64,000 nt of DNA from Hyphochytrium catenoides. Its lineage: Eukaryota; Protista; Hyphochytriomycota. Shown one piece after another: positions 12,801 to 23,765 of this stretch (the first letter of the stretch is position 1; every line of letters starts with the position of its first letter). Under the pieces are notes generated by a model. That model ran no database searches. It was not told where the DNA came from and was given only the letters and a program-made list of their open reading frames with translations. The stretch lies in the NCBI GenBank assembly GCA_900088475.1, contig FLMG01003321.1, positions 1-64,000 on the forward strand, read 5' to 3'. Both the position numbers and the translations under genes were made by a program.

Positions 12801-14924
12801 CTGAGAATAGCATAGATTAGAGACAGATTTCCATTAGCAGCAGCGGCATGCAGGGGAGTGAGAGCAAAATCTCCTCCCCATTCTTCAAGGAGAGGAACCA
12901 CGGTGCTACGCTCCTTCAGGGCCGCATACTGTAGAGCTGTCATAGTCATCATAGTACCAGGCTTGGGAACTAGGAGGGGATTAGCTCTTCGAGTAAGCAG
13001 CTGCTTCACAATGACAGGGCTCTCTGCCAGAAAGAGAGGAGGGATTTGTGCCGCAGGATACCAGAAAGAAGATTGCGCAAGAACATTTACATCTGCTCCA
13101 GCATCCAAGAGCATATCCACGATGTTGCTTTGGCCGTTCACCACCGCCACATGCAGGGGAGAGACCAGAACAGTCGAAAGCATCTCCGAGTCCGTTCTTT
13201 CTGGGACAAACCAATGGGTGGCAAGATTGAATAGCTCTGCGAGGTTGAACCGGACCTTTCTGAGCTTGTCTAGCGCATTGACAGGGAACTTACGTTGGAG
13301 CAGTTCTGACAGGATGGCCGTGTTTCCTAGCACGCAGGCCCGGTGGAGAGGATTGTTGGTTGATGCAGCAAAGAGTCCGAACGTGATGCTAGGAGTCCGG
13401 TACATTTCCTGCAAGAACTGCTTGCCTAGGGTGTCATTTCCTCGATCTAGTAGGCCTATCAAGCGCTTAGAATCCTGGGCATTCACTGCTTCATATATCT
13501 GTTTACGAAGGAGCTTCCGCTCTTTGTGTTTGGTTCTAAGAGAGCGGAGGAAGGAGACCAAACCACGTCCGGTTCCTTTCTCATAGTTGTCCCGATAGCC
13601 CAGCTGAAGCTTCAAATGGCTCCGAAACTTGATAAAATCTGGGAATGGGAATGCTGAGTAAGACAACCTGCAGGATAGAGCGAAGGTGGCTAACGAAAGC
13701 TGGTGTCCATAGACAGAAGTGTTGAGGACACACTCCTTTCAAGGGGGAGACGTGTCAAGGACTATGAAGAAGAGAGAGGATACCGTCAACAATGAAGAGA
13801 GCTCAGACACCTTTTAGGAGAGACGAACCCACTGCGACCCTCTTCCCGTCTCTTCTCCATCCCTCCGATTGTGTGAGACCTCAGTCCTTGTTTGCTTACC
13901 TGAGATCTGTAAGAGGGTAACTATGAAGCCCGCAATAGTCCCAAGTCCCACCAGGAAACCCACTTCATCTTGGAAAGTAGCACATTGCGTTCCATCGCTT
14001 TCGACTGCAGTCCTAAAGATCCAGAGGGCGAGAAAGAACATGTATCCAAGCTCTAATATTACCAACAGTTCACAAAGTTGCAGATAGAGCGTACGATGGA
14101 TTTTAGGCGGATCTTGGTCTGAGATAGCATACAGCTTCGTAACAGAGAAGCCCAAAGCAGGGAACCCTAGCAGCAAGTTCAATAGACCCACAACGTTGAT
14201 CATGACGGCGTTTTCTATGCAGGAGTCTCCGTCTGCGGTCCCTCCCAGGCGCAAAAAGAGGACTATGGCAAGTATGACGGCCAGGTTGATGAGCACCAAA
14301 AAGAAGGTTCTAACCACTAGTCGACGGGAGAAGTAAGAGTTGAGAAGTTGACCCTTCCACAGCCTGAATGTAAGTTTCCCCTTCCTTGTCTGGGCCTGTC
14401 GCCGGATCCTCGCAATAATCTTGGCCTCCATGTCCTCTTCCTCATCCTCCTCAAGGACAATGGAGCCGCCTTCACTGCCTGCAGTGCTAATTTGATCGCT
14501 CTCAATGGGACTAACCGGGGGGAGCAGCAGCTCTCCACTTTCATCCTCGCCAGGAGAGGCCCTTGTCTCAAGAGGTGAAGAGGTGTGGTCATCTTCGTCT
14601 AGTCCAGAGGCTCCAAGAAGATCTGGGAGAAGAGACGCACGCCCAAAGGGTCCTGTAGGTGGCATATGGATAAGGGATGCTCTCCGTTATTATCCAAGAA
14701 GCAAATGCGCAGGAGGACGACAAAGACGAACACGGCGAGGCAAATAGAGGAGCCAGAGGGCAGTGGAGGAGAGCAAATTTCAAGCCAGGAACCGATCTAC
14801 CTGAGAGTGTGCGTGGAGACCTGGGTCCTGCCGGGATATCTTCTGCCACCGGTAAACTTTCAACAGTGGCGGTGAAGTCAGCCTGGTTCGCCCGGCGATC
14901 CTCCTGCTGTCGTTCGTCCCCCAT
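9878..14924 (-). CDS. Membrane protein with 4 TM helices, ankyrin repeats and two TIR (TIR_2-like) domains, about 9 exons
   Basis: Four hydrophobic segments at about 13900-14330. Ankyrin motifs NPLHRAC, SPLHVAV, TPLHAAA, GRTPLHWAA and GDTALHVA. TIR1: DVFITHC...FVQRLQEEL...VVLCVIT...CMEELALAKRMGIP. TIR2: FVFISHGDQHLDFVELL...[32 protein letters not shown]. Splice phases are consistent where checked. Confidence 0.85.
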
Positions 14925-15702
14925 CACTGTTTAGAAGGTAGACCTCTGAGTCATTCTTTCTAACGCATTCTACCAGAGATAAGAGCAGTTATGTTCAGCT
15001 TCACACCGTCCCACCATCACCAAAAGCCCTGTTCATCAGGTTTGCATGAGTTGTAGACTTCTCTAGCCTATCCAGAGTAATATGGCCAAGCAGGCTATGA
15101 AGAGCTAGTATAGAATCATGCATCCACTTCTCTCCTCCTTGACTTGACGAAGTGCTGTTCTGATGGGCTGTTAGCTGCGACTCTTCACTGACATTCCCTC
15201 CCTCCTCAAGCCAGAACCGTGAGCCTTATTAGAGACAGGAGCTTACAAGCCGGGCAGCAAGAGGCCAGACAAAGGCCAGGCAAGGCCAGACAAGGCAGAA
15301 AGAACTTCAAAAGGTGGTCTGGCGGCGGTGAGCTGTCACCATCATCAGAAGCTTCAGAAAGTTCAGAAGCGGAACAAGAACAGACAGGAAAACTAATGTG
15401 CTATAAGTCTATCTGGTTGATAATCAGGTGATAGAAGAGAGAGGATAACTAAACGCAGAATCCGAGCCGTTAGCCGCTAGACTTGGGGTTATTGCCTCCA
15501 AAAGCTTCAGAATCAGATGAACTACCTCTCAACATAGAATTCTACCTCTGCCTGGGGTGCTGACAATTGCTGCAAGCTCCACTGCCTTCATTATCTACCT
15601 AGGAATGGTCTGAACCAAGGCCGCCGGATTACCGGGTAGCACCTTACCTCTCTTCAATGCGTATGGTGGCCCCACATCGGTCCAGACAGGAGTCAAAGTG
15701 AA

Positions 15703-17824
15703 ATGGCAGTTCCTGACTCTGAAGCCTGTGCGCAGGCACTCGGTTGGAAAGTCCGCATCGCAGCCGTAGCTTTGGCCGTAGCTTCAGCTGCTCTTAGCAA
15801 CGTGGGATTGAAATGGCTCTACTCGAGAGGATGGATTGCAAAGAAGAGGAAGACGGATAGGTCATCTGAAATTTCTTTTGGCGATGGGTATCCTGCGCTG
15901 ATTGGGGGCACCAAGATGATAGAGTTAAAATCTCTCTCGGAGGCCACGGGATGTCGCATATTGGTAATTATCCCCACCGTTTCTTCCCCCTACTTTTTCC
16001 ACCATACCAAGTCCGGGTTTTGTCATCTCACTCTTAGCACCTTTAGGGAAAGGCTGAGTTTATGAACCCTGGAGGAAGCTCGAAGGATAGGGTGGCCAAG
16101 GCGCTTGTTGAGGAAGCGGAACAAGCTGGACTTCTAAAGCCTGGCGGGACGATTGTAGAGGGCACCTCAGGCAGTACTGGGATAAGTCTGAGTCTCATTG
16201 CCCGAGGTAAGTGGTGTCTTCTCCAAGGAGGAGTTAACTGAGAGGCAAGAAAGTCTAGACCTGAACAACTGCGAACCTCACGTGACTCCAATGGCACGCG
16301 TCGATGAGGTGGAGGATGAAAAACAAAGAAGGGGTTATCGATTGGACTGAAAAACTTCATTCTAATGAACCGTGACTGTCTTTGGTTGAAGCGAAGGGCT
16401 ACAAGTGCATTATCGTAATGCCAGATGATCAAGCGAAGGAGAAGCAGGAGCTTCTTAGACAATTCGGAGCGCAAGTGGAACTCGTCCGCCCTGCGTCCAT
16501 TGTAAACAGCAGACACTACTGCAATGTCGCAGCTAAAAGGGCCGAAGAGATTGAAGGTTAGTATTTCGCTTCCCGTCTGTCTCTTATCAGGTCGACCTCA
16601 GCGTGCAGTCTGTTCTCTTTTACCATAACTGGCGTTTGTTGACCACCTCCAACAAAGGGCAAGGCTTGAGCTCCTGCTCGACCTCAACTTTATCTTTCGT
16701 ACACAATATCCTTAGACGCGCCTGCTATCGGTCTCACGATCAATTTGTCTTTGCTCGTGCTCCCCAAATATTGTACCCTGCAGGGGCGTTCTTCGCTGAT
16801 CAGTTCGAGAACTTGGCTAACTATCGGACCCATTATCAGACAACGGCACCCGAGATTTGGCGGCAGACAAAGGGGCGAGTTGACGCGTTTGTCATGTCTG
16901 CAGGGACCGGAGGGACGATATCTGGGATCTCACGTTATCTAAAGGAGAAGAACAAGGCGATCAAGGTCATTCTCGTTGATCCTCCTGGTAGCTCATTGTA
17001 CAATAAGGTGAGGGCAAAGGCAGACATTGCGGGGGTGGGGAGGGCATGGTCATGTTCCACACCTTTCTCTGGACAATTGGAAAGGAGGAGGAGGGGAAGC
17101 CAAGGACACCCTAAAATTTCTGAAATGTGTGGCTTCTACTTATCGTTGGAAATGAGAGAACGACATGATGGTTAGGAGAGCCAGAGCATGGTCGGCGCTG
17201 GATAGGTAGAATGGGGAGTACAGGTATTAGCAAGTGGCAGCCGTTATGGAGTTGCAGGAGTATTGACCCCTCATCGACATGTCAGGTCCTTCATGGTGTT
17301 TGTTACGCCTCGGAACAGGCGGAGAGAAAGATCAAGCGCCACCGCTACGATACCATAACGGAGGGAGTCGGCATTGATCGTTTGACGGCTAACTTCCAAG
17401 AGGCACAGATAGATGACGCCTATCGTGTCTCCGATAAAGAAACTGTGGAAATGGCTCATTACCTGTTGAAGAAAGAAGGTAAGTGGCGAGGGCCTTTCTT
17501 CCAGCACGTGTTGCTCTTCCGCTTTTCGTGTTGCAGTAGCTGTTGATCGGTGTGCGCCTTTTGTTCGTACTCTAGCTTTCAATGAACGGCCGTTCTGAAG
17601 CATGTTGACGATTACCAGGGCTATTTCTTGGAAGCTCGAGCGCTCTTAACTGTGTTGGAGCCGTCAGAGCCGCTAGAGCTCTTGGACCGGGCCACGTAAT
17701 AGTCACAGTTCTATGTGATGGGGGACAGCGCCACCTCACCAAATTTTGGAACCACGATTACCTGCGCCAGTGGGATCTTCTGCCAATGGCGGAAGGCCTG
17801 GAGTTCATAAGCGAAGCGAAGTAG
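15703..17824 (+). CDS. Cysteine synthase-like PLP enzyme (MCY1/cys12-like subfamily, N-terminal TM anchor), about 6 exons
   Basis: [16 protein letters not shown] (PLP Lys), [71 protein letters not shown] and [12 protein letters not shown]. Confidence 0.92.
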
Positions 17825-18411
17825 ACGTGGGTAAATTCAGAGGAAGATATTATTTCCTGCCATTGGTAAGTGCGGGCTGTTAGCAGTTTCAGGTGTCTGA
17901 GCCCTCAAATGCACTCTTGTCCTAATGCATGCGCTATCCAGCCCTCTCGACAGCCCAAGGTAGGTCTTTACTTGAGCGGCGCCCGACTACCGCTCTCCGC
18001 AAAGTTCCAAACGACCTCTTGCACTATCAAGGGATTATGCGTTACGCTCCGGCGCGGACTTCTTCCTTGGCTCAGTTATCTACCGCAATAACGGACGTAA
18101 AGGAGTGTATGTCTTGGAGAGGGAGGAAGGATTCAAACTAAGGATGGATTGCTACTTGTCGACTTCTTCATGGGGAACCGCGAAGTGGTTTATTGACCCT
18201 TGGACCTCCCCGATAGTACCCCACCTTCACCCTCTGACGCCTCTTGACGATTGATGTCCACAAGATGCCACGATTACGGACGCTACGATAGGAACGACAA
18301 AACAATCGCCTAAATTTCGGCATAATGAGTTCTTAAAGCGCTTTGTTGGCCAGATTTTTATAACGTTTATGACAGAGCATGGAGTGCTGTTAAGGCCTTT
18401 AATTAGAGTGT

Positions 18412-21400
18412 CTATATTTGCCCAAGATTCTTTGAGGACTTCAGCGCGCCTCGTAGCTCCTCCATGTACTTCGCGTCGTCAAACCTATCCGGAGCCAGCG
18501 CACGGGCGTATGGAGCAATGCTTTCAAGCGCTGATGACGAACTGGACTCTACCACCTTTCCAAGGAGTTCACCAGCGGCTGAGCATCCCATTATCCCGTA
18601 GCCTAAGAGGGAAAGGAGGATCTGTTGTCAATGGCATCATACCTATAGAGGGGTTCCCCAATTTTGCTTTCTTTTATAACACTACCAGCTCATTTGTGAC
18701 CTCCACATTATACCTTCGCCACTCCGCCATTGTCGCAAGGCATTGTACTGTCCATTGCCTCTATCCACTTACCGGAGAGTCCAGTGCATAGATAATAACC
18801 AGGAATGCTTGTTCTTCCGACTAATGGCCTGTTGTCTGGTGCCTGACAATAGTATCCGCCATCCACTAAGGTCTTGCGGGGGATCCTTCCAAGATATTCC
18901 TGCCGACATGGGTGAGCACCTCATCAGCCAATGTCCAAAAGTAATGAAGAGTACTAGCCAAAAAGGATAAGGCGATACGGCAGTAAGAAAAGGCATTTGA
19001 GATCGGTAGATGAACAGCGTTACCTTCATCCTCGGGACCATAGCTGAAAGGCCTCGGACAACGACTTCTGCGTAGAGATCGTAGAATTGAAGAACCGTCG
19101 GAGGCGGGTCTGCAACTAACTGCTTCTTGTGAACAAACTCCCAGAGCATAACTAAATAGCCGTTGCCATAGGGTCGAAAGTGGGCACCTGGGGACCAGGC
19201 AAGTGTTATCAAATCTCTTCCCTTGGAAGTGACCTCATCATACCAGACTATCTAGTGATAGAGCTGCAAGAGCCAGCTTGGCACGAAGAGTTGAAAGAGT
19301 TCCGTCTTCCCGAACTTCTCCCCTTATCGCATTATTGTCACACCAACCGACTGGCGCTCTTTTCTCCTTCCCTATTTTCACTTTTAACAGATGGCGACTG
19401 ACCTCCTGGAAGCGGCTTTGTAAGAGATGCTGCGAAGCCACCCATCTCATTAAGCATCTCCTGCTCCTCTTCGGACCAGTCCAAGAGAACTTCGTCTTCC
19501 CAAATCATCATGGGACAGTCTTCAGGCACTATGCCCAAGAAATCATGAAACACGGCCTAAGAGTAACTAATTAGGATGGCCATCAGGGCTGCAGGCAAGC
19601 ATAGCGGCACCCAAACTACCTCTAAGAGGAAGAGGAAACATTACGCGCAAAGGTGAGACCGGAACAATCATTCTTGAGGTAAATAGGGCACGGTTAGACC
19701 AATGAACGAAAAGCCACGACCAAGGGTAGACGTCAAGGAAGATAGGCGAAGATATCACACTGGTTCCAATGGAACCTCAATGGCACCTTGGCATGTATCT
19801 CATTCTTTAAGGGTAGTTCATCACTTCCTGGTACCAGGCGGTTGACCGCTGAGGTGAAAGGTCCAGATGCGTTCACAAAGCATGAGGTTGAGATCTGAAG
19901 AGGAAATCCATCACTCCCCTTGACGCTCACTGATTGCACTCTGCCTGAAAGGGGGCAGCAGTCTACATTCATCAAGGTACCGGGTAGAAGCTGGTTAGGG
20001 AGAAGGAGTAAGGAGCTGATTAGGAAGAAATACTGACTGGGAAACACCTCTGCAAGTGATTTCAAGCTGGCCTTCCAATCCGTAGCTGTGACTCTCTTGA
20101 TCGGCCTCCCGCTTACTTTGTCTCTATCTAACTTAGTCTCCCAGTGTGCCTCTTGCTTCCTCTCTCTTTCTCTCTACTCTGGTTTTTCACATTCAAGCCC
20201 TTGAGGTATGTCTCTGCCACTACTCATGGGAAGTAAACGTCTACCCACCACGCTACACAGTCGAGAAAAACTCCATGCCGTCCTATCTGGGCAGTCCCAT
20301 TGCACCTGTCTCTTTACCATTAGCCCTGCTACCTCTTTCCTTTTGTCGGTCAATTCTTTCTTGCGCTTTGGACTCGATAATTCTCTCTCGCACCTTAGCT
20401 CCACCTGCCTTCACTTCATCAAGCAGGACTGTTCCCAGCTGTTGAGCATTGACCCACCCACAGCGTCGAGCATACAGGAGGGCTTGAGTCTCCGAAGTAA
20501 GGAAAGGAAACTTCTCCTGAATTTCTGCCGCAGACTGCAACAGGTGGATTCCGTTGATAGGCTTCATAGCGCTAAGCTCGGTACCTGTTGTGCGGGTCGG
20601 TGAGGTGGCTTAAGGTCTATCGCTCGTCACGAATATCTTCCACGTCTCAAAACTGCTATACCTTTCCCCAATCGAGAAAGACCACCTATCTAACCCATCA
20701 ATTAGCCCTTCACTCAGCTATAACGTATACCCTTCCTCCATATCCTTACCTCTCAAGCTGTTACAGAGAAAATCTCCCTTTCCTTTGGTAACTGGGCCAG
20801 CTCCATATTCTGAGGAAGTCTGAGCTCTTTCTTCATGATCTTTTACAGCATGCTTCTTCGCCGAGCAGAAGGCGTAGCCCCTGCGGTTCATCGCAAACTG
20901 GTTACCTGTTTTCTCTGCTCTGATGCCGAGCAGGAGCATTGTACATAGGCGTCAAAGAAGGCATGAGAGTGAGATTATCATAGGCGGAGTAGGCAGCATG
21001 AAGAAGACCGAGAGCGGAGAGCTGACCACTTAACGAAGGAAAAAAGGAGAGAAAGCAATTCATGGAAGCCATGAGAGGAGAGATGGCTTGAAAACTAGAC
21101 ATCACAGTCAAAGAGGCCAAGAAGAAGAGAAGTTTAGGTGATGGAGGAGTAACTACCTCTCTTCCATGAGGTCGATACTTCTGTTCATGAATTGGGTCAT
21201 CTCCAGGCTGGGCCAAAAATTGCGATACGCCTCTGACGACATGCTGCTTGTGAAGGAAAAAGGAGGTCGCTCATCCACCACGATGACCCTCAGCCCTGCA
21301 TGGTTGGTAAGGTAGGAGGCGGCGGACAAACCCGCTACTCCTGCTCCGCAAACCACCACATCCGCCGTGACGGAAGAGGCATAGCGTCTGGGCTGGAAAG

Positions 21401-21434
21401 GCCCATGATTGAGCTTCCTGCTTAGTTTCTTCAT
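18412..21434 (-). CDS. FAD-dependent oxidoreductase (DAO / sarcosine oxidase beta-like superfamily), likely mitochondrial, multi-exon
   Basis: Presequence-like N-terminus; Rossmann VVVCGAGVAG; SSEAYRNFWP; ARRCGWVNAQQLG; FVNASGPF; GAHFRPYG; C-terminal GIMGCSAAGELLG...RALAPDRF; stop at 18412. Confidence 0.88.
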
Positions 21435-21970
21435 CCTTGACGGCCCATGCTTCTCTATCTAGAACCCGTAACGAATGAGCTCAGCTTCAAAGCACCTGTA
21501 TCGTCTGCAGTCCAAGTGGCAAGTGGCAGTGCGTCAAGGAGCCAATGTGAAGACGTGAAGACGGAAGAAAGAGATGATGGCATGTCACGATCTTGGGCGA
21601 GACTTCAACTTGCCGTGCCGCCATGTCGAAAGATTACAAACTTAAGATTCTCCCATTTCACTCCGTAGCTTCTGCACCTAAGGGTTAATACCAGTGGAAT
21701 ACCAGTCGGTGAGGTTGTAATTTACCATCTCGAAATTGTGCGGTTTCAACACAATCTTTTCCATCATCATCAGCTGTCAGTTCTCTGATTCGGATTGCAC
21801 TCATTCTCCCTCGCTCCTTCAACCACTTCTCATCGATCCTCCTCCCGGCTGTCGGCTAGGCATCGCAGACAGCTCCGTGTGGTGCAAGCCTGGGACTACG
21901 CAACGGCTTCACTCAGGCAGAGCTCGAGCAGGCAGAGACAGAGTCTCCTAGGCGCTCCTAACAAGCAACA

Positions 21971-22779
21971 ATGTTCTTGCGGCGTGGGGTCTCTCTTTGC
22001 CAGCAGAGACTGACTCTAAGGAACGTGGCTCCTCTGACAATCCAAGCTCGATCGCATGGGATCAGGCAGCTATCCGAATTAACACCTGTCTCTCCATTTC
22101 ACCTGGCCTTTCCAGTGCACTCGCTGCAAGAAGGTGCGTACGAGCAGGATGGATGTCCCGGACAATACTGCTCCCTGGGCTAATGATGGACTTGATGCTG
22201 CAGCGAAAGCATTCTACGGCGGTGTCCTTGGGTGTGAAGAGGGCCGATCATCCGACAAGTGGCAGGACTATAGCCTCTTTGGCCATCAGATCGTGTGCCA
22301 TCTGGTGTCTCCAGATTACCGAGGTGTTGATTATTTCAACCCTGTTGGTAGGGCCCACGACTCCCTCATCTCTGTTCTTCCTCGCTGTGGCATGATCGTG
22401 ACCTCCTTCGGTGGGCGCTTAGGCGGACTTTGACTAGGCACCATCTTTGCTGGCCTGTGTTGCGCGTTTCTTATCCGTTGCTCTTAAGAGTCAGCCACTT
22501 TTCTCACCAAGGATGTTCCTCAATATTTTCATTAACTTAGATAAGGACGACGTTCCAGTTCCGCACTTCGGCGTCTGTTTAGATGTGGACCAATTTCATC
22601 AGTTCGCGAAGAGGCTGCGGGACAAGCAAGTGAAGTTCATCATTGAGCCTCACAAGCGCTTTGAGGGCCGTCCTGGAGAGCAATGGACGATGTTCTTCAA
22701 AGATCCAAGCGGAAACAATTTGGAGTTCAAGGCTATGACAAAGAAGGAAAACCTATTTGCAAAGTACAAGGAGAAGTAA
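21971..22779 (+). CDS. VOC/glyoxalase-family protein (bacterial COG3565-like predicted dioxygenase) with mitochondrial-type presequence, 3 exons
   Basis: [48 protein letters not shown] and [31 protein letters not shown]. Confidence 0.9.
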
Positions 22780-23765
22780 TGAGTTGTGAGTGATGGAGAT
22801 GATAGGAAATCGCTGGCCGAGAGATGGAGAGTGCGGCCAAATGTACACACAATGGTAATCGAAAGAGGCGGCGTGCGTGGGGATGGCAACTGCTCTTCTG
22901 AGGATCACATTCACTGATCCTTACACCGTAGAGTTGCTACCCGAATTGTGGTCAGCCCTCAGTAGCTACAGCCCTAATGATATGCTCAAATCCTTGGCCT
23001 ACCACTCCTATCTAGCTAGCTAGCAAGCCGTTGTCCTTGAGTGCACGAACGCCTGGCTCCTTGGCTCCTTCCTTCACCTAGCTTACGAGGACCTCTCCCG
23101 GACCTGATCTGAAGCTGCAGTGGCCTCCTGGTCCCCTTGCTCCCAGCAGCTACCCGCTGTTCATCCTGATGCGGGCACTACTTCTCTACTGCGAGGTTCG
23201 CGAGGTTTCCCTCACTCTCCGCTGTCACTCGCAATGGAGACCCCGACCCGATAGCAAGCAGGAAGGGAGACCTACTAAGTGCTCTACTATTTTCGTGCAC
23301 CAAGAAAGAAAGCTCCAAACACCTATGAAACCCAACCAATTGAGAATAAGAACCAGCTCATTGCAAACCTTATTAAGCTTAGTAATTTCTATTCCGGATA
23401 GAGAGAAGAGTGAAGGCTGCACAAACCTAAAGTGTTTTTTGGTTTCGGGAGAGTGGTTGCTCCTCAGAATCTGTAGAATCGGTTGCCGATGCCAAGGCGC
23501 TGACTTACAGCCCATCTGCAGGCAGGCAATGCAGAGACAGCTTGTCTTCGGCGTAGAGAAGCTTCTCTGTCAGATAATCTTCCTGGTGGCTACAAGGCCT
23601 TAATCTTATCGTCCTTGAAGTACAGCTGAGCGCAGACCAGGATATTCTTACCCCGAAAATATCCGGACGAGGGATGGTAGGGCGTGGTCACACATCTCGA
23701 TAGATTTGTGGCAAGCAGTTTGACGCTGGTCTGAGTCCCGAGCTTCCGTGAGCCTTCCAGATAGG

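Noticed and set aside
12858-13586. 242-aa plus-strand ORF
   Set aside because: Antisense shadow of the ankyrin exon; no independent motifs.
22800-23760. ORFs between the VOC gene and VPS16
   Set aside because: No consistent exon chain or recognisable protein; treated as intergenic or UTR.
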